Shown here: in pieces, positions 56,215-64,000 of the stretch
Position numbering within the stretch: the stretch's first letter is position 1
How the letters are laid out: every line of letters begins with the position of its first letter
NCBI GenBank assembly: GCA_024401565.1
Contig: JAKSKU010000008.1
Location: 7,034 to 71,033, forward strand
Direction of reading: 5' to 3'
Length of the DNA stretch: 64,000 bases
DNA from: Paludibacteraceae bacterium
Lineage (GTDB): Bacteria > Bacteroidota > Bacteroidia > Bacteroidales > Paludibacteraceae
The notes under the pieces: generated by a model
The model's database searches: none
Told to the model about the DNA's origin: nothing
The model's input: only the letters and a program-made list of their open reading frames with translations
Translations under genes and position numbers: made by a program

Positions 56215-57738
56215 ATGGAACCAAAAGAGCTACAAACGTCTCAGCCTGAAGCTCAGGCACCTAAGGCAGCCCCTTCAGGCACGCCTACAGACAACAAAAA
56301 ACTCATTTGTCTCTTTATTTGTATCGCAATCGGTCTATTAGCTTGGATTTTGCCTGCAGATGCATTCGGACTTAAGGGTGACCCAACAGTTTTAGAGCAG
56401 CGTGTTATCGCAATTTTCTTGTTTGCGGCTGCAATGTGGATTACAGAGCCAATTCCAATTTGGACAACTTCGGTTTTGACAATGGTATTGATGCTTCTTA
56501 CTGTATCTAACAGTGCCATTGCTTTCATGGCTCCAGAGAAGGGTGCCGAGCTATACAACGGCCAAGTATATGGAGATCCTATAAGTTATAAAGCAATCAT
56601 GGCAGCCTTCGCTGATCCTACCATCATGCTTTTCATGGGTGGATTCGTATTGGCTATCGCAGCTACTAAATATAAGATGGACGCAGGACTTGCAAAGGCA
56701 ATGCTTAAGCCTTTCGGAACAAAAGCTGAGCGCGTGCTTCTTGGTTTCATCTTGATTTCCGCTACATTCTCTATGTTTATGAGTAACACTGCAACTGCTG
56801 CGATGATGCTTACTATCCTATCTCCAGTGCTTGCAACTCTTCCAGCTGACGGAAAGGGAAGAATCGGTCTAGCTCTTGCTATTCCTATCGCTTGTAACGT
56901 CGGTGGTATTGGTACTCCTATCGGAACTCCTCCTAATGCTATCGCAACAGGTTTCCTTGAGAAGCAGGGTCTTGAGGTTGCATTCGGTGACTGGATGCTA
57001 CTTATGGTTCCTATCGTGTTGATTATCCTTGTATTCTCTTGGTTCCTTCTTGTTAAGATGTTCCCATTCTCACAGAAGAATATCGTTATTGAGGTTCCTG
57101 GTGACTTCGACAAGAGCCCTAAGGCTTACATCGTTTACGTAACTTTCGGTATCACAATCTTCCTTTGGGTGTTCGGCAAGGATCTATTCGGCATTAATGC
57201 AAACGTTGTGGCTTTGATTCCATTCGCCGTATTCTCTATCACAGGTGTTATCACAAAGAAGGATCTTGCTTTGATTGACTGGGATGTTCTTTGGCTTGTA
57301 GCTGGAGGTTTCGCTCTAGGTATCGGTTTGGACAAGACTGGTCTAGGAAAGCACATGGTTGATTCAATTCCATTGGCTGAGTGGCCAACACTTGTTATGA
57401 TGATCGGTGCAGGTGTTCTTTGTATCGTCATGAGTACATTCATGTCTAACTCAGGTACTGCAGCACTTCTAGTTCCAATCCTAGCAGCTGCAGGTATGGG
57501 AATGCAGGAGCAGTTGGCATCATTCGGTGGTGTGCCTGCACTTCTAATCGGAGTTGCATTGTCAGCATCACTTGCAATGTCATTGCCTATCTCTACTCCT
57601 CCAAACGCTCTTGCTTATGCTAAGGGATTCATCCAGCAGAAGGATATGGCAGTAGTTGGTATCATCGTAGGTGTATTCGGTATGATTGTAGGTTACTCTG
57701 CATTGATTTTCTTTGGAAACGCAGTTTTCGGAAACTAA
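56215..57738 (+). CDS. DASS/SLC13-family anion:sodium symporter (di/tricarboxylate or sulfate type)
   Basis: 507 aa and polytopic, with the duplicated SNTATAAMM / SNSGTAALL hairpin motifs and GTPPNA / STPPNA loops typical of DASS transporters. Confidence 0.88.
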   Translation: MEPKELQTSQPEAQAPKAAPSGTPTDNKKLICLFICIAIGLLAWILPADAFGLKGDPTVLEQRVIAIFLFAAAMWITEPIPIWTTSVLTMVLMLLTVSNSAIAFMAPEKGAELYNGQVYGDPISYKAIMAAFADPTIMLFMGGFVLAIAATKYKMDAGLAKAMLKPFGTKAERVLLGFILISATFSMFMSNTATAAMMLTILSPVLATLPADGKGRIGLALAIPIACNVGGIGTPIGTPPNAIATGFLEKQGLEVAFGDWMLLMVPIVLIILVFSWFLLVKMFPFSQKNIVIEVPGDFDKSPKAYIVYVTFGITIFLWVFGKDLFGINANVVALIPFAVFSITGVITKKDLALIDWDVLWLVAGGFALGIGLDKTGLGKHMVDSIPLAEWPTLVMMIGAGVLCIVMSTFMSNSGTAALLVPILAAAGMGMQEQLASFGGVPALLIGVALSASLAMSLPISTPPNALAYAKGFIQQKDMAVVGIIVGVFGMIVGYSALIFFGNAVFGN

Positions 57739-57756
57739 TTAATCGTAAAATATTTT

Positions 57757-57790
57757 GTAGAGACGCAATAACTGCGTCTCTACTTTTTTG
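57757..57790 (+). terminator. REP-like hairpin terminator (GTAGAGACGC class) between the DASS and porin genes
   Basis: GTAGAGACGCA-ATAAC-TGCGTCTCTAC followed by TTTTTTG. It lies 19 nt after the stop and 15 nt before the next ATG. Confidence 0.7.
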
Positions 57791-57804
57791 TTTAATTTAA
57801 TAAA

Positions 57805-59232
57805 ATGAAGAAATTTTTACTATCTATTCTGGTAGCTTGTGCTTCGCTTTCTGCATTCGCACAGGAAAACGCCGCTGCTGACACAGCGAGACATCACCAC
57901 CGTCACCACCGTCACCATCGTAATGGTGTAGTGTTCGAGGGTAACGACAAGAAACCAAAGGTTCAGCTTTACGGTTTTGTTCGTAACTACTTCACTTATG
58001 ATTCTCACACAATCCAGGCGGTAAACGGAGGTTTGTTCCACACTCTTCCTACAGATGAGAACCTTAACCTTCGTGGCGACGATTTGAATCAGCAGTCTTC
58101 ATTGCAGTGGATGGCATTCACAACACGTCTTGGACTTAATCTTAATGGCCCTAAGTTGAATGAAATCTGCTCAATGAGCGGAAAAATCGAAATGGATTTC
58201 TGCGGTTATAGCTCATATACTTATTTGCTTCGCATTCGTCAGGCTTATATGCGTTTCGCATGGCAGAAGAATATGTTGACTTTGGGTCAGGCTTGGCACC
58301 CAATGTTCAACTCTGACATGATGCCTGGTTGCGCAGCTCTTGCAACTGGTTCTCCATTCCAGCCATTCAACCGTTCTCCACAAATCCGCCACGACATTCG
58401 CTTCGGCAAGGATAACGGATGGAGATGGACTACTGATTTGCTTTGGATGCTTCAGTACACTCCAGTCGGACCAGACAAGGATGCTCTTAGCGCAGCGTCG
58501 TCTGCCAACATCAAATTCTTGAACAACTCTTGCATTCCTGAATTGTATCTTGGTCTTGACCACACAGGAAAGAAGACAATCGTAGGTGTTGGTGCAGACC
58601 TTACAAGCCTAAAACCACGTCAGACAAGAGTTGAAGAACTTAACTGGGAAGGGAAAGATACTGTTTGCACAGTTAAGTCGTCAGATAGAATCACAGCTAT
58701 CTCTCCAATGTTCTATTTCCAGTATAAGCCTTCTGGCAAGTTTAAGTTGATGGCAAAGGCTGTTTACGGTCAGAACACTGCTCACTTGAATATGCCAAGC
58801 GGTTACGGACTAACTTCTTATGACGAAAAGACAGGCGAGTGCGAGTACGCTCCACTTCGTATGTTCAGCACATGGATCAACCCAGTTTGGACAAAGGTCA
58901 GCAAGAATTCAGGCAATATCACAAAGGTAAGCTTCTTCGCTGGATACCAGAAGAACTTTGGTGCTAAAGAGGGTATGATTGAGGAGTATGTAAAATATAC
59001 TTCACTTCAGCACAAGGGAGGCAAGACATTGGATAACTGCTTCCGTTTTTGCCCAACTTACTCTTATACTATCAAGAATTTCGATATGGCATTCGAGTAT
59101 GAGTTGACCGGCGCGACTTATGGTAAAGAGGATAAAGACGATAAGGGTCTTTGGTTAGGAAAAACAACAGGTGAGGATCTTAACACTGTGATCAACAACC
59201 GTGTATGCCTAATGGTTAAGTACAACTTCTAA
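57805..59232 (+). CDS. Putative outer-membrane porin with N-terminal His/Arg tract
   Basis: Signal peptide MKKFLLSILVACASLSAFA, then RHHHRHHRHHR. It has alternating beta-strand patterns throughout and a C-terminal ..MVKYNF (aromatic terminus). Confidence 0.65.
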   Translation: MKKFLLSILVACASLSAFAQENAAADTARHHHRHHRHHRNGVVFEGNDKKPKVQLYGFVRNYFTYDSHTIQAVNGGLFHTLPTDENLNLRGDDLNQQSSLQWMAFTTRLGLNLNGPKLNEICSMSGKIEMDFCGYSSYTYLLRIRQAYMRFAWQKNMLTLGQAWHPMFNSDMMPGCAALATGSPFQPFNRSPQIRHDIRFGKDNGWRWTTDLLWMLQYTPVGPDKDALSAASSANIKFLNNSCIPELYLGLDHTGKKTIVGVGADLTSLKPRQTRVEELNWEGKDTVCTVKSSDRITAISPMFYFQYKPSGKFKLMAKAVYGQNTAHLNMPSGYGLTSYDEKTGECEYAPLRMFSTWINPVWTKVSKNSGNITKVSFFAGYQKNFGAKEGMIEEYVKYTSLQHKGGKTLDNCFRFCPTYSYTIKNFDMAFEYELTGATYGKEDKDDKGLWLGKTTGEDLNTVINNRVCLMVKYNF

Positions 59233-59258
59233 TCGTAAGATTCGATTATTGAATTATA

Positions 59259-59293
59259 GTAGAGACGTCGCAATACGGCGTCTCTATTTTTTT
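59259..59293 (+). terminator. REP-like hairpin terminator after the porin gene
   Basis: AGAGACGTCG-CAATA-CGGCGTCTCT (10-bp stem with one G-U pair) followed by ATTTTTTT. Confidence 0.75.
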
Positions 59294-59306
59294 ATAGATT
59301 AAAAAT

Positions 59307-59434
59307 GGCAATTACAGTCGTTGTCAAAATGAGGATTGTCAAAGAGTCCACGATCCTAACTTCACATTCCAACGCGATCACGTAGGGCGGCGTATAAAAA
59401 CATAAGCGTGTTTTGGCAACTTGTATATAAATAC
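59307..59434 (+). mobile_element. MITE-like element, 128-bp copy
   Basis: Left end GGCAATTACAGTCGTTGTCAAAATGAGGATTGTCAAAG. Right end TTTTGGCAACTTGTATATAAATAC. The flanks are similar AT-rich strings (TTAAAAAT / TTTAAAAT). Confidence 0.55.
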
Positions 59435-59475
59435 TTTAAAATAATCAACAACTAGATAGAAAAAGGAAATTTCAT

Positions 59476-59506
59476 TTTGATGTCTCATTCCAAATGTCTA
59501 CCTTTG
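59476..59506 (+). promoter_or_regulatory. Candidate Bacteroides-type promoter of rpsO
   Basis: -33 TTTG at 59476-59479 and -7 TACCTTTG at 59499-59506 with a 19-nt spacer. The ATG follows 27 nt downstream. Confidence 0.5.
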
Positions 59507-59532
59507 CAGTCGCTAATTAAAATTATATAACA

Positions 59533-59802
59533 ATGTATCTAGATCAAGCTAAAAAAGCAGAAATCTTCGGGACTTACGGAAAGTCTAATACCGATACTGG
59601 TTCAGCAGAGAGCCAGATAGCGCTATTCTCATACCGTATCTCTCATTTGACTGAGCATGTAAAGTCAAACAAGAAGGATTTTAACACATCAAGATCTCTT
59701 AAGATGTTGGTAGGTAAGCGTCGTCGTATGTTGGACTTCTTGAAGGAGAAGGACATCGAGCGTTACCGTGCAATCGTTAAGAAACTTGGTTTGAGAAAGT
59801 AA
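59533..59802 (+). CDS. rpsO: 30S ribosomal protein S15
   Basis: 89 aa with GSAESQIALFSYRISHLTEHVKSNKKDFNTSRSL..LVGKRRRMLDFL. Confidence 0.96.
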   Translation: MYLDQAKKAEIFGTYGKSNTDTGSAESQIALFSYRISHLTEHVKSNKKDFNTSRSLKMLVGKRRRMLDFLKEKDIERYRAIVKKLGLRK

Positions 59803-59823
59803 TCAACTTTCTTGAGAAAGACA

Positions 59824-59851
59824 AAGGCGAACAGAAATGTTCGCCTTTTTT
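59824..59851. terminator. Bidirectional terminator between rpsO and comEC
   Basis: AAGGCGAACA-GAAA-TGTTCGCCTT followed by TTTT. Confidence 0.85.
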
Positions 59852-59855
59852 ATTA

Positions 59856-62069
59856 TCAGTCTTTCTTGCTAATGTAACTACCATCAAATCTGACTATGTG
59901 ACAATCTGCCCCACTCTTTTGCCGCTCCTCATTCCACTTCTTCGCCACATAATACTTATTCGAACCATCAACAATCAGTTTACCATATCTGAAATTCCTC
60001 AAGTCCTTTCGTTTTGTAGCCACATTATCCGTCAAGATTAAAACATCAACGTCCAAAGGTGATTTTAAAGTCTGCTTGACTTCATCCTTATCGGAAAGAA
60101 TATAGACACGTTGTTTCTCAAATTCAAAGAAATTCCTTTCCTCTGAAGACGGAGATGGCCGTAACTGATTAGTCCAAAATTCATCTGCTTTTTTGTCGAC
60201 TTTGGCATAGTCGGTGCATCCAAACAGAGTATTTGTTTCCGTCATTCTGTTCACTGCTGTCACTCCATTCACATTGTAAACAGCCAACATTCTGCTTTCC
60301 TTCTCTTTCACTCCATCCAACAACGCTATTATAAAGTAAAAAAAAGATATTACTACAGAAATTCGCAGCAACAAAAGCCTACGATAATTGTAATAAGCCA
60401 CAATCAATAGAAAAACAGATATCCAAACCACCACGTCATAGAAATAAAATGGCAGTCTGTCGACGGTACAGAAAGAGAAGTCTGCAGTATAATAAACGAT
60501 CGCATTCACTGCTTTAGCCAAAAGTGTCGCAAGATATAGCACAAAATCTGACACAGGTGTAAAAATCGGCAGCAACGTCGACAATCCATAAAATCCATAA
60601 TAGACAAACGACAAAGGGATCAGAATAGACACTAAGGGTATTGTGACGAGACTAGAGATAATGGACAGGATCGGCAGTTTATGGAATGTGAGTAAAACGA
60701 TAGGCGTTGTCAACACTTGAGCCGCAATACTGATCGACACGCTACCAATGATATATGTCCGGAGTTTTGACACACCTATCACAAACATACCGTACAGACG
60801 CTTTAACGGACGTCTTTTACCCTCTTTCTTAAATGAAGATTTAATCTCCGGTACCCATTCCTCAATTTTTCTAATCATTGGTTGGCCAAAGAGCAAGATA
60901 GAATAGACAGCTCCAAAACTTAACTGAAATCCTAAATCAAAAATCCAGAAAGGATCATAGACAAGCATCACAAACGCTGTAAACGACACAACGTTGATTG
61001 GATTTGCTTTACGAAACAAGAGCAATGCCACCCTATAAACAGTATACATTAACGACGTCCGCACAACCGAAGCCGCCAATCCCGTCAAAAAAGCATATCC
61101 CCATATTATGGCAAGAAGAGTCAAAGCAAAAGTGAAAGGATATCTCTTCGGAGCGATCAACATCCCCACCAAAAATTCCACAATCAGAATAATAACACCT
61201 ACATGAAGTCCACTCACCGCCAACAAATGGCTTGCCCCAGCTTTGGAATAGGCTTCTTTCAAGTCATCATCCATTTCAGTTTTGTTGCCAAGTGTAATCG
61301 CCACAATTAAATTCCGAGCATCTCTATCCTCTTCACTGACGTCAACACCGTTGACATCAACTTTAGCAATTGCATTCTTCAAATCATCATTCAATTCTGA
61401 AGCCGATGTCTCCAACGAATATCCACGCTCAGAATTCAAAATTTCATACCGTTTCACCATAGCCGTAGCCTCAAAGCCTTTTTTACGCAAATAATCGTCG
61501 TAATTGAAGCCGACAGTCTCATCATTCTCCGTAGACTTGAGCGAGGCAGAGAAAGCAACGAAATCGCTCTTTTTGAAAGACACATCACAAGTGTCGAATG
61601 TCAACATTGCCAAAACATTGTTTTTCTTGTTTTCGTTTTCGTCTTCGTTTTCATTTTCGTCAACAAGAAACACCTCTGCCTCAGCATTAATTCTTCCACT
61701 CTTTGTCAGTTTGGGAACCGATGTGATTTTGGCGACATACACGTCGGCAGGATTCTTATCCGAGACTCGAAGACCCCGCGTCTCTACAAATTTCGGATGA
61801 ACGGAATATTCACATACTCCGCCAAGGAAAAAGACTGCCATCAACAACATTGATGCAGAGATTATCGTTAACGAAGACTCTGTCTTCGTTATAATTGGCT
61901 TCTTTATATAAACCCAAAATGACACCAAGGAAGCGACAAAAAACACTGCCACACCAATCATATTGATGTCACCCAATTGGATTTTATATTCTGTAGCGAT
62001 ACCTGAAGCGAAAAAGATCACCAAGAATAGATATGGCAATCTACGGATTGACTTTACAACAAAATTCAT
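59856..62069 (-). CDS. comEC: ComEC/Rec2-family DNA internalisation channel protein
   Basis: 737 aa and polytopic, with the Competence-domain motif YSKAGASHLLAVSGLHVGVI. It has an acidic low-complexity insert DENENEDENENKKNN. No HxHxDH metallo-beta-lactamase motif was seen in the C-terminal domain. Confidence 0.85.
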   Translation of the reverse strand: MNFVVKSIRRLPYLFLVIFFASGIATEYKIQLGDINMIGVAVFFVASLVSFWVYIKKPIITKTESSLTIISASMLLMAVFFLGGVCEYSVHPKFVETRGLRVSDKNPADVYVAKITSVPKLTKSGRINAEAEVFLVDENENEDENENKKNNVLAMLTFDTCDVSFKKSDFVAFSASLKSTENDETVGFNYDDYLRKKGFEATAMVKRYEILNSERGYSLETSASELNDDLKNAIAKVDVNGVDVSEEDRDARNLIVAITLGNKTEMDDDLKEAYSKAGASHLLAVSGLHVGVIILIVEFLVGMLIAPKRYPFTFALTLLAIIWGYAFLTGLAASVVRTSLMYTVYRVALLLFRKANPINVVSFTAFVMLVYDPFWIFDLGFQLSFGAVYSILLFGQPMIRKIEEWVPEIKSSFKKEGKRRPLKRLYGMFVIGVSKLRTYIIGSVSISIAAQVLTTPIVLLTFHKLPILSIISSLVTIPLVSILIPLSFVYYGFYGLSTLLPIFTPVSDFVLYLATLLAKAVNAIVYYTADFSFCTVDRLPFYFYDVVVWISVFLLIVAYYNYRRLLLLRISVVISFFYFIIALLDGVKEKESRMLAVYNVNGVTAVNRMTETNTLFGCTDYAKVDKKADEFWTNQLRPSPSSEERNFFEFEKQRVYILSDKDEVKQTLKSPLDVDVLILTDNVATKRKDLRNFRYGKLIVDGSNKYYVAKKWNEERQKSGADCHIVRFDGSYISKKD

Positions 62070-62101
62070 ACGTTATATTTGTACCGTTAAGCAATATTTT
62101 C

Positions 62102-62172
62102 GGGATGGTTTGAAAGCTACGATGGCAACCCTCCCAAATGTAGGGGCAGGCTTGAAACCTGCCCGTCTCTAC
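62102..62172. repeat. Composite REP element
   Basis: A degenerate GGGATGGTT..AACCCTCCC hairpin is followed by GTAGGGGCAGGCTTGAAACCTGCCCGTCTCTAC. The architecture matches 22543-22610. The last unit ends with the GTCTCTAC tail of the other REP class. Confidence 0.7.
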
Positions 62173-62178
62173 AAATAT

Positions 62179-62829
62179 TTATAGATTCTTCAAACCAGCG
62201 ATTGTGGCTTTCTGATCTTTTGCACCAAACACGAATGATCCGGCAACCAAGATGTCTGCACCAGCATCGAGAAGGGCTTTTCCTGTCTCGAAATTAACGC
62301 CACCGTCGATCTCAATCTTTGCATTCGAACCTTTCTCGACAATCATCTTCTTTAGGCGACGTACCTTATCCAAAGTGTTCTCGATAAACTTCTGTCCACC
62401 GAAACCAGGATTGACACTCATCAGCATCACCACATCAGCGTCGCAAATAATCTCCTCAAGCACAGATACCGGAGTGTGAGGGTTCAATGTCACTCCCGCC
62501 AACATTCCTAAAGATTTGATATGCTGCAAAGTACGGTGAAGATGAGTACAAGCCTCATAGTGCACACTCAACACCTTTGCCCCTAGTTTGTGGAACTCCT
62601 CCACGTAACGGTCAGGGTCTACAATCATTAGATGGACATCTAGCGGTTTTGCAGCCTTACTTGCGATTGCCTTGATCACAGGCATACCAAAAGAGATGTT
62701 AGGAACAAACACACCATCCATAATGTCAAGATGATACCAGTCTGCTTCACTTTCATTAAGCATTTTGATATCATCGTTCAAATTCAAGAAATCAGCCGAC
62801 AATAATGAAGGCGATACAAGATGATTCAT
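62179..62829 (-). CDS. rpe: Ribulose-phosphate 3-epimerase
   Basis: ATG at 62829 (MNHLVSPSLLSADF; the track start at 62850 is a TTG). It has HLDIMDGVFVPN and MSVNPGFGGQKF. Confidence 0.94.
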   Translation of the reverse strand: MNHLVSPSLLSADFLNLNDDIKMLNESEADWYHLDIMDGVFVPNISFGMPVIKAIASKAAKPLDVHLMIVDPDRYVEEFHKLGAKVLSVHYEACTHLHRTLQHIKSLGMLAGVTLNPHTPVSVLEEIICDADVVMLMSVNPGFGGQKFIENTLDKVRRLKKMIVEKGSNAKIEIDGGVNFETGKALLDAGADILVAGSFVFGAKDQKATIAGLKNL

Positions 62830-62874
62830 ATTTTTTGAAATTTTCTGCAAAAATAGAAAAAATCCGCGTCTTTA

Positions 62875-63561
62875 TCAGCGTCTTCTTCCCATAAACTTAA
62901 CCAAGTAGTAGCAAAGTGTCGCAATCGACGAAAGTGTTGCGACAAGATAAGTGTAAGCCGCAGCCTTCAAAGCGTCAATAGCCATAGGACGAGTTTTTTC
63001 ATCAACAATACCGTTTTCACTTATCCATTTAATGGCTCTTTTGCTTGCGTCAATCTCTACGCGTAGAGTAACAAGAGAAAACAAAGTGAAGACGCCATAA
63101 GCCAAAACAATGATTCCCAAGCAAATCGGCAAGGCAAAAGGTCTTATGGCAACAATGAGCCCCATTACTACGAAAACTACGTTTAACACTCTTGCGCTTG
63201 CATTCTGGATAGGCACCAGTTTTGTACGGAGGCCCATGGCACCCATTTTGACTGCATGCTGAACAGCGTGGCCAGTCTCATGAGCCGCAACTGACGCAGC
63301 CAGCACCGTACGCTGCATATATACCGGAGTGCTAAGACGGATCACCTTGGATGTAGGGTCGTAATGATCAGTAAGGGACCCGTCAACAGCCTCAACTCTA
63401 ACATCTGAAATACCGTGAGCCAACAACATACGTTGTGCGACCTCAGCACCAGTCATAGAAACAGGTACTAATCCATACTTTTTTGCTTTTGATTTCAATC
63501 TGCTCGACACTATGAAACTCAACAATGCGAACACTCCCATTATGATATATATTCTTCCCAT
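62875..63561 (-). CDS. Membrane zinc metallopeptidase (Zn_peptidase_2 / YugP-like)
   Basis: 228 aa with an N-terminal TM helix, HETGHAVQH zinc motif and C-terminal TM helices. Confidence 0.85.
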   Translation of the reverse strand: MGRIYIIMGVFALLSFIVSSRLKSKAKKYGLVPVSMTGAEVAQRMLLAHGISDVRVEAVDGSLTDHYDPTSKVIRLSTPVYMQRTVLAASVAAHETGHAVQHAVKMGAMGLRTKLVPIQNASARVLNVVFVVMGLIVAIRPFALPICLGIIVLAYGVFTLFSLVTLRVEIDASKRAIKWISENGIVDEKTRPMAIDALKAAAYTYLVATLSSIATLCYYLVKFMGRRR

Positions 63562-63758
63562 AATCTATAATTTATGAATTTACACGCGACTCTTAACCTC
63601 CCTTGTATTTTATAAAGCAAATTTAGTCTTTTATCACATACAAAATCTCTTAGCACCATGGAATTAAGATTATTTACGTTAAACGATATTAAAATGAGGC
63701 TCTCGATGATTGGGAGAAAAAACAAAAATCATAACTTTGTCAACATAATAAAAAAGCT

Positions 63759-64000
63759 ATGAGCAAACCAAACGAAACATATCTTACAAAATATTCAGAC
63801 GAAGGTCCAAAAGAAATCCAGACGTCTGAATTTTCCACAGAGTCAACAGGCCGGAAACAAAAAGAAGGTTCTTGCACATCAAACGAGAATCCAGAGAATT
63901 CCATTGAAATTTTACTAGGACAGCAAGATAAAAAAAGAAAGAAATACCTTTTGTTTTTTTCTATCATCTTTATTGTCATATCTATCCTAGCCATTTTCAC
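63759..64000 (+). CDS. Partial ORF (5' end) of a membrane-anchored hypothetical protein, runs off the window
   Basis: It is not in the ORF track, presumably because it has no stop in the window. The ATG at 63759 gives MSKPNETYL..QQDKKRKKYLLFFSIIFIVISILAIF: a polar N-terminus, a basic patch, then a TM helix. This is more protein-like than the overlapping minus-strand ORF 63740-64000. Confidence 0.4.
   Translation, partial: MSKPNETYLTKYSDEGPKEIQTSEFSTESTGRKQKEGSCTSNENPENSIEILLGQQDKKRKKYLLFFSIIFIVISILAIF

Noticed and set aside
56586-57113. 175-aa minus-strand ORF inside the DASS transporter gene (also 56253-56558 and 57135-57443)
   Set aside because: These are antisense to a well-supported polytopic transporter CDS, and their composition mirrors the opposite strand.
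63740-64000. 86-aa minus-strand ORF at the window edge
   Set aside because: The translation (..FFLFLSCCPSKISMEFSGFSFDVQEPSFCF..) looks like the shadow of the + strand ORF starting at 63759, which has a polar N-terminus, a KKRKK patch and a TM helix. This stays uncertain because both are truncated by the window end.

Overview
This is a 64-kb chromosomal segment of a Bacteroidota genome. It looks Bacteroidales-like and T9SS-positive (Prevotella/Porphyromonas/Tannerella-like), judged from gene content and Bacteroides-type TTTG/TAnnTTTG promoters. It holds about 50 genes, mostly core housekeeping: rsmD, folB, pdxK, xseAB, purN, acpP-fabF-rnc, fadD, prfB with its programmed +1 frameshift, ruvA, metY, leuS, prmA, frdCAB, rpsO, comEC and rpe. 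Recognisable systems are the T9SS core (porP-porK-porL-porM-porN and the sprA translocon) with two CTD-bearing cargo genes, and a cobalamin-riboswitch-controlled B12 uptake operon (btuB, a BtuG-like propeller lipoprotein, and BtuF/C/D-like ABC components). There is also a surface-lipoprotein serpin and a DASS transporter paired with a His/Arg-tract porin. I found no rRNA, tRNA, CRISPR array, transposase or obvious multi-gene defence island. The least explained signal is in the non-coding DNA. (i) A MITE-like element family with about 20-bp terminal inverted repeats and AT-rich flanking duplications has 4 full and 2-3 partial copies. (ii) Two REP-like hairpin families carry GTAG/CTAC heads; one copy sits in frame inside the BtuF-like CDS and another serves as the riboswitch terminator. 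(iii) A roughly 95-bp CGTAAAAT-armed element is shared by two unrelated operon-internal gaps. (iv) A 5 x 33-bp tandem array next to an AT-rich DUF4143 ATPase hides a 52-codon repeat ORF. Candidate under-described gene sets are the tightly coupled TM-protein/DUF3822/rsmD/folB operon and the DASS-porin pair. None can be proven novel from sequence alone. All family assignments come from motif recognition by eye; no database search was run.
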